A DNA stretch of 64,000 bases from an uncultured Acidobacteriota bacterium (GCA_963720545.1 OY970399.1:1920001-1984000); one strand, 5' to 3'; counted from the first letter of the stretch, positions 40,584-51,484 are shown. Notes: a model not told the origin generated them from the sequence alone. Numbers and translations are program-made.

Positions 40584-41390
40584 GTGCAAGCGCGTGTCAA
40601 CGGTGCCGAACTGAACTACGAGGCCGCCGGCAGCGGCACTGCGGTGCTTTTCCTGCACGCATTTCCCCTCGGCCTCGGCATGTGGGACGCGCAGGCCGTG
40701 GCGCTCCGCGAGCGGTTCACGGTGGTGCGCTTCGACGCGCGCGGCTTCGGCTCTTCGCCCGCCGGCGATTCGCTGTTGACCATGGAGCGCATCGCCGAAG
40801 ACGGTGTCGCGCTGCTCGACCACCTCGGCATCTCGAAGGCGATCGTCTGCGGTTCGTCGATGGGCGGCTATGCCGCGTTCGCCGTGGTGCGGCGCTTCGC
40901 CGACCGCCTCGCCGGGCTGGTGCTGGCGGGCACGCGCGCCGTGCCCGACACGCCGGAGGCGCGCAAGGCCCGCGGCGAACTGGCCGCGCGCGTGCGCAGC
41001 GCCGGCCAGCAGGCGATCGTCGACGCGTTCCTGTCGAAGCTCATCGGCAAGACCACGGCGAATTCGCGCCCGGAGGTTGCCGAGAGGCTGCGCGCCATGA
41101 TGCTGGCGGCGTCGGTCCCCGGCATTTGCAACGCTCTCGCCGGGCTCGCGGCCCGCGCCGACTCGCGCGACACGCTGCGTCAGATCGCCGTACCGGCGCT
41201 CATCCTCTGCGGCGAGGAGGACGAAACGACTCCGCCCGCCGACTCGCGCGCGATGCACGAAGGCATCCGCGGCAGCCGGCTCGTGATGATTCCGCGCGCG
41301 GGCCACATCTGCAACGTGGAAGCGCCAGCCGAGTTCAACGCAGCGCTCCTCGAATTCGCCACCTCGGTGCCGCGGCCGGCATCGGCATGA
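40584..41390 (+). CDS. Alpha/beta hydrolase (enol-lactonase-like)
   Basis: FLHAFP, DARGFG, GSSMGG, GEED, GH. Confidence 0.9.
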   Translation: MQARVNGAELNYEAAGSGTAVLFLHAFPLGLGMWDAQAVALRERFTVVRFDARGFGSSPAGDSLLTMERIAEDGVALLDHLGISKAIVCGSSMGGYAAFAVVRRFADRLAGLVLAGTRAVPDTPEARKARGELAARVRSAGQQAIVDAFLSKLIGKTTANSRPEVAERLRAMMLAASVPGICNALAGLAARADSRDTLRQIAVPALILCGEEDETTPPADSRAMHEGIRGSRLVMIPRAGHICNVEAPAEFNAALLEFATSVPRPASA

Positions 41391-43018
41391 GCCGGAGCGG
41401 CAACGGCCGTTACGACGCGATCGTCGTTGGCGGCGGCCACAATGGCCTGACCGCTGCGGCCTACCTGGCACGCGCCGGCCAGAAGGTGCTGCTGCTCGAG
41501 CGGCGCGAGCTGCTCGGCGGCTGCTGCGTCACCGAGGAACTGGCGCCCGGCTGCCGCGCCTCGACCACGTCCTACATGGCGAGCATGCTGCGCCCGGAGG
41601 TGATCCGCGATCTGAAGCTCAAGGACCACGGCCTGCGCATGGTGCCGAGCGATCCGCTGGTGCAGGTGCCGTTCCTCGACGGCGACATCGTCTCGTGGTG
41701 GTCCGACCCGCAAAAACTCGACGCCGAGCTGCGCCGCCATTCGCCGCGCGACGCCGACACCTTCCGGCGCGTGGACGCGCAGCTGAAGCGGCTGGCGCGC
41801 TACCTTCAGCCGTTTTTCCTCGAGCCGCCCCCCGACGTGCACGCCACCGGCGTCGCGAGCATCGGCGAGCTGTTCCGCATCGGCGGGCGTTTCCGCAGGA
41901 TCACCGGCGACGAGATCGGCGAGATGGTCGGATTTCTCACCGGTTCGCTCGGCGACTTCCTCGACCGCCACTACGAGTCGGAAAAGATCAAGACGCTGGT
42001 GCTCGCCAACAACGTCTACGGCAAGCACGGCGGCCCCTACCAGCCGGGCACGGCGCTCGGCCTGCTCTTCCACCTGCTCTCCGGCGGCGACCACGAGGAA
42101 CAGGGCTTCATGGGCCACGTCATCGGCGGCATGGGCTCGATCACGCAGGCGATGGCGGCGGCCTGCCGGCAGCTGGGGGTCGAGCTGCGCACCGCCGCAC
42201 CGGTGGCGCGCATCGTGGTGAAGGACGGCGCTGCCTGCGGCGTGGCGCTCGAGAACGGCGACGGCTACGAGGCGCCGCTCGTGCTCTCGAACGCCGACCC
42301 GAAACGAACCTTCCTCGGCCTGGTCGAGAAGGCCGAGCTCAGCGACGCGTTCCGCGCCGCCATCGCGGGGATCAAGATGGAGGGCCCCTGCGCCAAGGTG
42401 AACCTGGTCCTCGACCGCGAGCCGGTGGTAACCGGGATGCCGAAGGACGCGGACGCGCTGCGGCGCGCGCTGTTCACGCTGGTGCCGTCGCTCGAGTTCG
42501 CCGACAAGTGCTACGACACGGCCAAGCGCGGCGAGATCCCCGAGGACCTGTGGGTCGACTGCGTGCTCGCTTCGGGCGTGGATCCGTCGCTGTGCCCGCC
42601 GGACCGTCACGTCATGACCTGCTTCGTCCAGTACGTGCCGTATCGCCTGAAGAGCGGCACCTGGGACGAGAACCGGGAGCTGCTCTACGAGCGGGTGATG
42701 AAGTCGATCGCACGCTGGGCGCCGGACGTTCCCGGCAGCGTCGTGGCGCGCCAGGTGCTGACGCCGCTCGACCTCGAGCGCACCTACGGAATCACCGAGG
42801 GCAACATCTTCCACGGCGACCTGAGCCTCGAGCAGCTGTTCTTCATGCGGCCGGTGCCCGGCTACGCCCAATACCGCACGCCGCTGCGCGGGCTTTATCT
42901 CTGCGGCGCCGGCGCCCATCCCGGAGGAGGCGTCACCGGCGCGCCCGGCTACAATGCGTCGCACCAGGCGTTGCGCGACCTCAAGAAACCGCCGAAGCGA
43001 AGACTGGAGAGGGCATGA
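41387..43018 (+). CDS. FAD-dependent oxidoreductase, phytoene-desaturase/PYROXD2-like
   Basis: GGGHNGLTAAAYLA, LLERR..LGG, GNIFHG, LYLCGAGAHPGGGVTGAPG; ATGA overlap. Confidence 0.9.
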   Translation: MSRSGNGRYDAIVVGGGHNGLTAAAYLARAGQKVLLLERRELLGGCCVTEELAPGCRASTTSYMASMLRPEVIRDLKLKDHGLRMVPSDPLVQVPFLDGDIVSWWSDPQKLDAELRRHSPRDADTFRRVDAQLKRLARYLQPFFLEPPPDVHATGVASIGELFRIGGRFRRITGDEIGEMVGFLTGSLGDFLDRHYESEKIKTLVLANNVYGKHGGPYQPGTALGLLFHLLSGGDHEEQGFMGHVIGGMGSITQAMAAACRQLGVELRTAAPVARIVVKDGAACGVALENGDGYEAPLVLSNADPKRTFLGLVEKAELSDAFRAAIAGIKMEGPCAKVNLVLDREPVVTGMPKDADALRRALFTLVPSLEFADKCYDTAKRGEIPEDLWVDCVLASGVDPSLCPPDRHVMTCFVQYVPYRLKSGTWDENRELLYERVMKSIARWAPDVPGSVVARQVLTPLDLERTYGITEGNIFHGDLSLEQLFFMRPVPGYAQYRTPLRGLYLCGAGAHPGGGVTGAPGYNASHQALRDLKKPPKRRLERA

Positions 43019-44016
43019 CGAACGCGACGGGCAAGAGCAAGGCCAAGGGTATCCTCGAGCGCCTCCAGGACGGCGTCGTGCTCGGCGACGGCGGTTACCT
43101 CCTCGAGCTCGAAAAGCGCGGCTGGGTGCGCGCGGGCCCGTTCACTCCCGAAGTGGCGCTCACCCGCCCGCAGGCGCTCGAGGAACTGCACACCGAGTTC
43201 CGCCAGGCCGGAGCCGAGGTGTTGCAGGCGCTGACCTTCTACGCAAGCCGCGACAAGCTTGCGACCGTCGGCCTCGAGAACAGCCTCGCCGACCTGAACC
43301 GCGCGGCGGTGCGCACCGCGCGCAAGGTGGCCGGCGACGACTTGCTGGTGGCCGGCAACATCAGCCTCACGTGGATGTACGACGACGGCGGCGCCGCGGC
43401 GCGCGCGCGCGTGCTCGAGACCTTCGACGAGCAGCTCTCGGTGCAGGTGGCCGAGGGCGTCGACTTCGTCATCGGCGAGACCTACTCCTGGCTCGGCGAG
43501 GCGCTGCTGGCGGTCGAGGCCATCAAGAAGACCGGCCTGCCGGCGATGGTGACGCTGTCCTTCGAGAAGGAGCCGAAGACGAGCGAAGGCACGAGCCCGG
43601 GCGACGCCGCCAAGGCGCTCGTCGATGCCGGCGCCGACATCGTCGGCGTCAACTGCCTGCGCAGTCCCGAGCACACGCTGCCGATCGCGGCGGAAATGCG
43701 CAAGGCGGTGAAGGCGTACATCGCGACCCAGCCGGTCGCCTACCGCACCACCGACGCGCAGCCCGACTTCACCTCGATGCCGCAGTTCCCCACCGAGCTC
43801 GATCCGCTGCAGCTGAGCCGCGGCGAGATGGCGGCCTACGCGCGCCGCGCCCGCGACCTTGGCGTCAACTTCATCGGCGCCTGCTGCGGCGCGGTGCCCA
43901 CGCACATCCGCGAGATGGGCCGCGCGCTCGGCAAGGTCGGCCCCGACGACCGCACCTGGAAGCGCGGCGGACCCAAGCCGATGTCGGCCTACGAGTACTA
44001 CGACCACAAGGACTGA
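43015..44016 (+). CDS. Homocysteine S-methyltransferase (BHMT-like)
   Basis: LGDGGYLLELEKRG, GVNC, GACCG zinc ligands; ATGA overlap. Confidence 0.9.
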   Translation: MTNATGKSKAKGILERLQDGVVLGDGGYLLELEKRGWVRAGPFTPEVALTRPQALEELHTEFRQAGAEVLQALTFYASRDKLATVGLENSLADLNRAAVRTARKVAGDDLLVAGNISLTWMYDDGGAAARARVLETFDEQLSVQVAEGVDFVIGETYSWLGEALLAVEAIKKTGLPAMVTLSFEKEPKTSEGTSPGDAAKALVDAGADIVGVNCLRSPEHTLPIAAEMRKAVKAYIATQPVAYRTTDAQPDFTSMPQFPTELDPLQLSRGEMAAYARRARDLGVNFIGACCGAVPTHIREMGRALGKVGPDDRTWKRGGPKPMSAYEYYDHKD

Positions 44017-44028
44017 GGCGGCTGACTC

Positions 44029-46098
44029 GTGCGCTTCCTGAGCGCCGCGCTCGCCGCTTTTTGCCTGCTCGCGAGCACCGGCTGCCGGGGCCGCGCGCCG
44101 CAGCAGCAGGCGGCAGCCCCCGCGCCCAAAGCGGAGATCCTGTGGGACCGCTACGGCGTGCCGCACATCTTCGCTGCCGATGCACCGTCGCTGTTTCACG
44201 CCTTCGGCTGGGCGCAAATGGAGGCGCACGGCGACCTGATCCTGCAGCTCTACGGCCGGGCCCGCGGCCGCGCCGCCGAGTACTGGGGTGCCTCTGAACT
44301 CGACTCGGACAAGCGAGTGCTGCGCGCCGGCGTGCCGGCACGCGCGCGCGAGTGGCTCGAACAGCAGACTCCCGACGCGCGCCAGAACCTCGAGGCGTTC
44401 GTCCGCGGCATGAACGACTACGCGCTCCAGCACGCCGCGAGCCTCGACGCGGCGCGCCGCGTGGTGCTGCCGGTAACGGCCAGCGACGTCCTCGCGCACA
44501 CGCAGCTCGTGCTCTACGTGGCTTTCGTGTCGGGCGGTGAGGAAGAGCGCGCCCGCGGCTCGAACGCGTGGGCGATCGCGCCGGCGCGCTCGGCCAGCGG
44601 CAGCGCCTTGCTGCTCGCCAACCCGCATCTGCCGTGGAGCGATTTCTTCACCTGGTTCGAGGCGCACCTGCAGGCGCCCGGCGTCAACGCCAGCGGCGCC
44701 GCGCTCGTCGGCCAGGACCTGCTCGGCATCGCCTTCAACGAGCACCTTGGCTGGACGCACACCGTCAACACCATCGACGCGGCCGACACGTATGAGTTGC
44801 AGGTGGTTGCCAAAGGGTATCGCTACGACGGCGCCGTGCGCCCGTTTGAGGTCGTGACCCACCAGATCCGCGTCAAGCTTCAGGACGGCACCTATCGCGA
44901 ACAGCCGTTCGTGGTCAAACGCTCGGTGCAGGGCGTCGTCTTCGACGAAAAGCCGGGACGCGCGCTGGCGCTGCGGATCGCCGGCCTCGACCAGCCGAAC
45001 CTGCCGGAGCAGTATTGGCGGATGCTGCGCGCCACCAACCTCACCGAGTTCGAGGCGGCGCTGCGCATGCTGCAGATGCCGATGTTCACGGTGATCTACG
45101 CCGATCGCGACGGCCACATCCTGCATCTCTTCGGCGGACGCACCCCGGTGCGCCCGGCCGGGCCCTGGGACTGGTCGGGCACCGTTCCCGGCGAAACCTC
45201 GGCCACGCTGTGGACCAAGACGCTTACGTACGACGAGCTCCCGCGGGTCGTCGATCCACCGACCGGCTGGCTGCAAAACGCCAACGACCCGCCGTGGACC
45301 ACGTCGTTCCCGGCAGTGCTCGACCCGAACCGCTTCCCGCCTTACGTTGCACCGCGCCACATGGGCTTCCGCCCGCAGCGTTCGGCCGGCATGCTCGCGA
45401 CCACGGACAAGATGACCTGGGACGACCTGCTGCGGAAGGGACAGGACACGCACATGGAGCTGGCCGACCGCATCCTCGACGATCTCGAGGCCGCGGTCGC
45501 CGCGCACGGCGATGCCGACGCGAAGCGCGCCATGGCGCTCTTGAACGCGTGGGACCGCACCGCCGACAGCGCCAGCCGCGGCGCGGTGCTGTTCGTAGAC
45601 TGGTACGGCAAGGCCGCGAAGCACGGCGAGCTGCCGTTCGCCGTGCAGTGGAGCGAAGCGAAGCCGCGCAGCACGCCCGACGGCCTTGCCGACCCGCGCG
45701 CGGCCGCGGCCGCCTTGAGCGCCGCCGCCAAAGAGGTCGAGAAAACATACGGCCGTCTCGATGTCGCCTGGGGCGATGCCTATCGGCTGCGCCGCGACGG
45801 CATCGACCTGCCGAGCAACGGCGCCGACGGCACCTACGGCGTCTTCCACGTCACCGACTACAGCGACGCCAAAGACGGCCGCCACGAAGCCGACGGCGGC
45901 AACAGTTACGTCGCCGCCGTCGAGTTCAAGACGCCGCTGCGCGCGCGCAGCCTGGTCGGCTACGGCAACTGGTCGCAGCCCGGGTCGAAGCACCGCACCG
46001 ACCAGCTCGAGCTCTACTCCCGCAAGGAGCTAAAGCCGGTCTGGCTGACACGCCCCGAAGTGGAAGCCAACCTGGAGCGCCGCGAGACCTTTCAGTAG
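44029..46098 (+). CDS. Penicillin/cephalosporin acylase family (Ntn hydrolase, S45), probable lipoprotein
   Basis: ILWDRYGVPHI, GSNAWAI (autocleavage Ser), LLANPHLPW, QNAND; lipobox-like ASTGC. Confidence 0.92.
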   Translation: MRFLSAALAAFCLLASTGCRGRAPQQQAAAPAPKAEILWDRYGVPHIFAADAPSLFHAFGWAQMEAHGDLILQLYGRARGRAAEYWGASELDSDKRVLRAGVPARAREWLEQQTPDARQNLEAFVRGMNDYALQHAASLDAARRVVLPVTASDVLAHTQLVLYVAFVSGGEEERARGSNAWAIAPARSASGSALLLANPHLPWSDFFTWFEAHLQAPGVNASGAALVGQDLLGIAFNEHLGWTHTVNTIDAADTYELQVVAKGYRYDGAVRPFEVVTHQIRVKLQDGTYREQPFVVKRSVQGVVFDEKPGRALALRIAGLDQPNLPEQYWRMLRATNLTEFEAALRMLQMPMFTVIYADRDGHILHLFGGRTPVRPAGPWDWSGTVPGETSATLWTKTLTYDELPRVVDPPTGWLQNANDPPWTTSFPAVLDPNRFPPYVAPRHMGFRPQRSAGMLATTDKMTWDDLLRKGQDTHMELADRILDDLEAAVAAHGDADAKRAMALLNAWDRTADSASRGAVLFVDWYGKAAKHGELPFAVQWSEAKPRSTPDGLADPRAAAAALSAAAKEVEKTYGRLDVAWGDAYRLRRDGIDLPSNGADGTYGVFHVTDYSDAKDGRHEADGGNSYVAAVEFKTPLRARSLVGYGNWSQPGSKHRTDQLELYSRKELKPVWLTRPEVEANLERRETFQ

Positions 46099-46119
46099 TC
46101 CGGGGCGCTCCCGGTTTCC

Positions 46120-46479
46120 CTACTTCTTCAACTCGACGAGAAACAGCGAGAACGGCTTGTCGCCGGTGTTCTCGGGCAGGTGCGACATCGCCGGTGTGTA
46201 CATGCTGGTGCCGGCCTTCGCCGGACGATCCTCGACCTTGCCGTCCGGCATCGTGAACTTGGTCGCCCCATCGGTGAGGAAGACGGCGACCGAGTTGGGA
46301 TGCGAATGCATCACCGACTTCTCGTGCGGACCGTAGGTGATGCTCAGGACGCGCACGTTCTCGTTCTCGAACTCGACCTTGTAGTGCTTGGCGTCAACCG
46401 CAACCGGGTCTTGCGCCATCGCGGGCGCAACCGCGCCAACGAACAGGATCGCCGGCACCAACATCAGAAGTCGTCGCAT
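46120..46479 (-). CDS. Exported cupin-domain protein
   Basis: Signal peptide; FENENVRVL, MHSHP, HLPEN. Confidence 0.85.
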   Translation of the reverse strand: MRRLLMLVPAILFVGAVAPAMAQDPVAVDAKHYKVEFENENVRVLSITYGPHEKSVMHSHPNSVAVFLTDGATKFTMPDGKVEDRPAKAGTSMYTPAMSHLPENTGDKPFSLFLVELKK

Positions 46480-46661
46480 GGAAATTCCTTGTCTCAAACG
46501 TCGTGTCCCCTTTTTGTTCCGCCTCCCCGTCGCGTCGACGGCAGGCCCATCTCCTGGCCGCGGGCACAGTATCACGACCGCCGCGGGGGGCAGTTGCGGT
46601 GCCGCCGCTACGGACGTATCCTCCCGTTCCAACTTCCCCTTCGGAAAGCGGGTCACCCGGT

Positions 46662-47663
46662 ATGCGCGAGTTGGCCTTTCGGCTCTGCCTCGTGGCTGCG
46701 GCGCTGTTCTTCGGTTGCGTGGCCGGTGAAATGGTCGTGCGCGTGGCGCTGCGGCAGCCGGACACGGAGCGCTGGTTCGAAGTCGATCCTCGCTACGGCC
46801 ACGCCCTGAAACGCAACTTTCACCAGACGTACCGTTATCCCGGCGGCTTCGCCTATGAAGCGCGCACCAACTCCCTTGGCCTACGCATGGACCATGAAGT
46901 CGACGTCACCGATCGGACGCGCCGCGTCCTGCTCGTCGGCGATTCGTTCACGTTCGGCGAAGGGCTGGACGTCGAGCACAACTTCGCGAGCCTGCTGCAG
47001 GGCCGGTTCGATGCCGACGGCTCCGCGGTCGAGGTCATCAACGCCGGAGTCGGCGGCTGGGGCACGCTGCAGGAGGCGCAGTACGTGCGCGATCACCTGC
47101 GCGACTTCCGCCCGCGGGCCGTGGTGCTCACGTTCTGCGGCAACGACCCCGATGACGACGAGAAATTCCTGCAAAAAGCCGGCAACAACGCCTCTGGGAG
47201 CTTCTATTTTCCCGGCAAGATCTTCCTGCGCGAAAACTCCCAGCTCTACGCCTTCGTCTACGGCGTCCAGTTTCGGTTCCGCCACGCGCGGCAGCAGGCG
47301 CGCAAGCAGAAGGAGGATCCGCATCTCACCGTGGACCCGCAGTCTGCCACGCTGATTTCGGAAGCCCAATGGCAGCGTACGCTCGCCGAGATCCACCAAC
47401 TGGCGGTCGACTATGCCCGGTTCGAACCAAACGGCGTGCTGCTGGTGCAGGCCACCTATCCGACGATCGCGAGCTTCCGCGAGCACCTGCCGGCCGTAGC
47501 CCGCGACCAGAATGTCAGGTACGTCGACTTGTTCGCGGGCGCCCAGGCGCTCGGCAAGGATCACCTTCGGCTGCCGTACGACGGCCACTGGACGAAGGAG
47601 ATGCACCAGCTTTCGGCCGGTGCCCTGCACGATGCGCTGCGCGAGCACCTGGGACCGATCTGA
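46662..47663 (+). CDS. SGNH/GDSL hydrolase family protein
   Basis: TNSLGLR, VGDSFTFG, INAGVGG, GND, DGHW. Confidence 0.88.
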   Translation: MRELAFRLCLVAAALFFGCVAGEMVVRVALRQPDTERWFEVDPRYGHALKRNFHQTYRYPGGFAYEARTNSLGLRMDHEVDVTDRTRRVLLVGDSFTFGEGLDVEHNFASLLQGRFDADGSAVEVINAGVGGWGTLQEAQYVRDHLRDFRPRAVVLTFCGNDPDDDEKFLQKAGNNASGSFYFPGKIFLRENSQLYAFVYGVQFRFRHARQQARKQKEDPHLTVDPQSATLISEAQWQRTLAEIHQLAVDYARFEPNGVLLVQATYPTIASFREHLPAVARDQNVRYVDLFAGAQALGKDHLRLPYDGHWTKEMHQLSAGALHDALREHLGPI

Positions 47664-47672
47664 CGCCGACCG

Positions 47673-49052
47673 TCACGCGGCCTTGCCGCGGCGGCCGAAC
47701 CAGTAGACGGCCGCACCCGCGGCCATGACCGCGGCGGTCGCGCCCATGAGCTTGGCGGCGGCGAGCACGCGATTGGCTTCGGTCTCGGGCGGGATCAGGC
47801 CGAGGACGATGGCGCCGAGCGTCGTCAGCAGGCCGACGGTGGCGCAGGCCACGACCGCCTTTGTGCCGCCTGGCAGCCTGAGCGCGTCCTCGGCCGGCGA
47901 CCGGGCGAGCCTGAGCGCCGAAGCGAACAGAAGCACGAACGGCACGAAGGTCACGATGATGGTGAGGCTCACGAGCACCTGGTACGCGCCGCCGATGGTG
48001 GTGCCGGCCTGGCCGAGGATCACGAACACCACTGTGATCAGCGCCTGCGTCATGAGCGCGACGTGCGGCGAGCCGTACTTTGGGTGCGCCTTGCCGAACG
48101 CTGCCGGGAGGTAGCGGTCGATGCCGGCGACGAACGGGATGCGCGCCACCGCCTCGAACCATGCGGCCAGGCTGCCGAGTGACGTGATAGTGATGAGGGC
48201 GGCGGCGATCGGTGCCAACCACGGCGCGCCGATGCCGTCGGCGCCAACGCGTATCGCCTGCATTATGCCCTGCAGTGCCGAGGTGTCGCCGCCCGGCACC
48301 GCCACCAGCATGCTCAGCGTTCCCGACATGTAGATGACGGCGATCATCGGCGCCGCCAGCAGCAGCGCGCGCGGCACGGTGCGGCGCGCGTTCTGGATCT
48401 CGTCGCCCATGAAGGATGCCGCCTCGGGGCCGGTCCAGGCGAACGCGATGGTCGAAAGCAGCAGCAGGTCGGCGAGCCGGAAGCTCGGCCACAGGTTGCT
48501 CCAGGTGAAGACAGTGGCCGAGCCGTTGCGCAGGAACGCCGCGATGCCGAGGCCAACGAGCAGCAAGGTCGCGAGCCAGCGTGTCACTCCGCCGATGTTG
48601 TTGAGCCACTTGCCGACGCTGAGGCCGAGGATGTTGAGGCCGGCGCCGAGGGCCAGGCCAAGGATCGAGACGGTGATGAAGTAGGCCTTGCTCTGCTGCA
48701 GGAACAACAACCGGTCGCCGAAGATGTAGAGCGCATTGCTGGCGATGAAGTAGAGGAGCCCCGGGAAGTACGGCAGGTTGCTGCACCAGTACATCCAGCC
48801 GGCGATGAAGCCGGCGCCATCGCCGAACGCGCGCTTGCTCCACGAGTAGAGCCCGCCTTCCTCCGGGAAGCGCGGCGCCAGGTGCAGCACGCAGTAGGAC
48901 AGTGGCAGGAACATGAGCAAAGCACCGAGGGTCCACAAGACGAGCGAGCTGGGACCGGCGGCGGCGGCGAACGCTATCCATTGGAGGTTGGTGCCGGTGG
49001 TGACGAAGAACAAGACCACGTCCCGCAGGCCCATGGCCTTCGGGAGGTTCAC
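47673..49052 (-). CDS. APC family amino-acid permease
   Basis: About 12 TM; FPEEGGLYSWSKRAFG, FAWTGPE, HPKYGSP. Confidence 0.9.
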   Translation of the reverse strand: MNLPKAMGLRDVVLFFVTTGTNLQWIAFAAAAGPSSLVLWTLGALLMFLPLSYCVLHLAPRFPEEGGLYSWSKRAFGDGAGFIAGWMYWCSNLPYFPGLLYFIASNALYIFGDRLLFLQQSKAYFITVSILGLALGAGLNILGLSVGKWLNNIGGVTRWLATLLLVGLGIAAFLRNGSATVFTWSNLWPSFRLADLLLLSTIAFAWTGPEAASFMGDEIQNARRTVPRALLLAAPMIAVIYMSGTLSMLVAVPGGDTSALQGIMQAIRVGADGIGAPWLAPIAAALITITSLGSLAAWFEAVARIPFVAGIDRYLPAAFGKAHPKYGSPHVALMTQALITVVFVILGQAGTTIGGAYQVLVSLTIIVTFVPFVLLFASALRLARSPAEDALRLPGGTKAVVACATVGLLTTLGAIVLGLIPPETEANRVLAAAKLMGATAAVMAAGAAVYWFGRRGKAA

Positions 49053-49144
49053 CGCTTCGCCGGTATGGCCGATCTCCTCCGTGCCCGCCTCCCGCGCCGC
49101 GAACTAGTGGCAGCCGGCGCCGGGCCACTCTACCGGAGTGACGA

Positions 49145-49639
49145 CTAGAGCTTTCGTGGCACCAGCTGGCCGGAAAAGCTCAACAGGCAAAAACGATTGT
49201 CGCCGGAGGCCGGGATCCCGGTCAGGTCGACGACGATCGCTGTGCCAGGATCGGCGTAGAGGCGCGTCAACCCCGAGACGAACACACTCGAAGCGCCGCT
49301 ATCCGGCTGGCCCCTGAACGTGTGTTCGACGGAGTTGCCGCCGGTCACGATCTGCAGGCCGACCGTCCTGCGGCCTGGCTGCTGGTCGTCGCTGCACGTT
49401 CCGCTCAGTTGTTCGATGACCAGGCGCTTGTTGCCCGGCACCTGGTACGTGGGCGGCGGCCCGAACGCCGCGCACTTCTGGGCGGCACCTTCGCCTTCGA
49501 AGGCGCAAATCGCGAAGGCCACCGGCCGCGCGTTCTCCTCGAGCCCGGCCGCCGGTTCGGCGGCGGCGACGGCAACAACACCCGCGGGTGCGGCACAGGC
49601 AACGAAAACGAACCATCGCAAGAGGCGTGCTGAGGGCAT
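49145..49639 (-). CDS. Hypothetical exported protein
   Basis: GGAG RBS, signal-like N-terminus, beta-rich YQVPGNKRLVIEQLSG...LYADPGT. Confidence 0.65.
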   Translation of the reverse strand: MPSARLLRWFVFVACAAPAGVVAVAAAEPAAGLEENARPVAFAICAFEGEGAAQKCAAFGPPPTYQVPGNKRLVIEQLSGTCSDDQQPGRRTVGLQIVTGGNSVEHTFRGQPDSGASSVFVSGLTRLYADPGTAIVVDLTGIPASGDNRFCLLSFSGQLVPRKL

Positions 49640-49704
49640 ATGAATTCTCCTGCCGCCGATCCTAGGTCGGCAGCGCGGCGCCGCCTCTTCACATTTTCGT
49701 CAGA

Positions 49705-50742
49705 TCAGCTGTTGTCGCCGTCCAGGATGTTGCCCAGGCCGCCGAGGATCGAGCCCTCCTCACGGCCGCCCTTGCCGAAGCCCGGCGCCGCCTTGATGAT
49801 GCGGCCGGCGAGGCGGCTGAGCGGCAGCGACTGCAGCCACACCTTGCCCGGACCGGTGAGGGTCGCGAAGAACAGGCCCTCGCCGCCAAAGATCGCGGTT
49901 TTGATCTTGCCGACGAACTGGATGTCGTAATTCACCGACGGCAGCAGCGCCACGATGCAGCCGGTGTCAACGCGCAGCGTTTCGCCCGCGCGCAATTCCA
50001 CTTCCTGGATGCTGCCGCCGGCGTGCACGAAGCACAGCCCGTCGCCGCTGAGCCGCTGCATGATGAAGCCTTCGCCGCCGAACAGTCCCACGCCGAGGCG
50101 CTTCTGGAAGGCGATCGAGATCGACACACCCTTGGCCGCGCACAGGAACGAGTCTTTCTGGCAGATGATCTCGCCGCCGATTCCCTGCAGGTCGAGCGGG
50201 ATGATCTTGCCCGCGTACGGCGCTGCGAACGCGACGCGCTCGCGGCCGGACGAGCCGGCATGGCCGAACACGGTCATGAACAGGCTCTCACCGGTGAGGA
50301 TGCGCTTGCCGGCGCTGAGCAGCGCGTCGGCGATGCCGCCACGGGGCCGCGAGCCGTCGCCGAAGATCGTCTCCATCTGGATGCCCTGGGTCATGTACAT
50401 CATCGTGCCAGCTTCGGCCACGGCGCTCTCACCCGGGTCGAGCGTCACCTCGACGAACTGCATGTCGTTGCCGCGAATCTCGTAGTCGATCTCATGGGCG
50501 GAGCGCGAGCCGGCGATGGTGGCGGCGCCGACGGCGGAGCGCGGCGGCTGCGGCTGCGAAACGCTACCGAGGTGCGCGCGTAGTTCGCTGACGTCGCGCA
50601 ATGCGACCCAGTCCTTCATGCCGGTGGCGAACACCAGCGTCGACGGATCGACGCTGCCGTTCCTGATGTTGGCGACGATGTCGTCCTCGCCCACCGGGCC
50701 AACCTGCTGGCCGCCGATCGCCATGTACCACTGCTTGCTCAT
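49705..50742 (-). CDS. AIM24 (TIGR00266) family protein with N-terminal GYF_2 domain
   Basis: [13 protein letters not shown]...GMKDW (GYF_2); AEAGTM, TGESLF, FGGEG repeats (AIM24). Confidence 0.9.
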   Translation of the reverse strand: MSKQWYMAIGGQQVGPVGEDDIVANIRNGSVDPSTLVFATGMKDWVALRDVSELRAHLGSVSQPQPPRSAVGAATIAGSRSAHEIDYEIRGNDMQFVEVTLDPGESAVAEAGTMMYMTQGIQMETIFGDGSRPRGGIADALLSAGKRILTGESLFMTVFGHAGSSGRERVAFAAPYAGKIIPLDLQGIGGEIICQKDSFLCAAKGVSISIAFQKRLGVGLFGGEGFIMQRLSGDGLCFVHAGGSIQEVELRAGETLRVDTGCIVALLPSVNYDIQFVGKIKTAIFGGEGLFFATLTGPGKVWLQSLPLSRLAGRIIKAAPGFGKGGREEGSILGGLGNILDGDNS

Positions 50743-51386
50743 TGCTTCTTCTCCTCCTGGGCGCTGTCGATGGTGGCGGCCGCCTGCGCTTCGATGCGCG
50801 CGACGTCTTCCTGCGCGAGGCCAAGCGAATGCGCGAGCTGCGCGAGGTAGATGCGCTCGGCGCCGCTGACGCCTTCGTCGGCGCGCACTATGGCAAACGC
50901 GAGACGGTACAGCTCGGCCTTGGCCGCGGGGTCGGAGACACCGGCGACGATCTGCGCCAGCGGGCGCGGCGCGGCAATCTCGGCTTCGACCACCGACCCG
51001 ACTCCAGCCTTGGCGGCTTCGGCGATGATTGCTGCGCGCTCTTCCGCATGCAGCTCGCCGTCGGCGCGCGCGGCCGACACCATGAGGCGCACGAGACGCA
51101 CGACGCCGTCGCCGGCGTCCGCGGGAGCAGCCGGCGACGACGCAGGCCCGGCCGGTACCGGCGGCACGGCGCCGCCGGTCGCGGCAGGCCCGCCGACGCC
51201 GGCGGGACCCTGTTTGCTCTTCCAGGTTTCGTAGACACCCCAGGCGACTCCGGCCATGGTGAGGAGCGTCTGCGGGTTGGCGAGAGCGCCACGCGTCATC
51301 GCCCCCATCGTCCGGCGCGAACGCTTGCGGCTGCGGCCGCCGAGGGCGCCGCGCAGCACGGTTCCGAGTATGTCCGCTGGATCCAT
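50739..51386 (-). CDS. DUF533 / TerB-like protein
   Basis: [10 protein letters not shown]...[27 protein letters not shown] before ATG 51386. Confidence 0.82.
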   Translation of the reverse strand: MDPADILGTVLRGALGGRSRKRSRRTMGAMTRGALANPQTLLTMAGVAWGVYETWKSKQGPAGVGGPAATGGAVPPVPAGPASSPAAPADAGDGVVRLVRLMVSAARADGELHAEERAAIIAEAAKAGVGSVVEAEIAAPRPLAQIVAGVSDPAAKAELYRLAFAIVRADEGVSGAERIYLAQLAHSLGLAQEDVARIEAQAAATIDSAQEEKKQ

Positions 51387-51484
51387 GTTCCTCCGGGGTT
51401 CAACTAGCAATGTACGTCATCCGGCGCCGTAAGTTCAGCTAGACTTCGCCTTCTTCACCCACGGATTCATCTCGGAGGCGTTTC

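Noticed and set aside
41387..43018. Carotenoid biosynthesis cluster
   Set aside because: No crtB/crtE/crtY nearby; the neighbours are unrelated to carotenoids.
42949..45993. 1014-aa minus-strand ORF
   Set aside because: Antisense to the BHMT-like and acylase genes.
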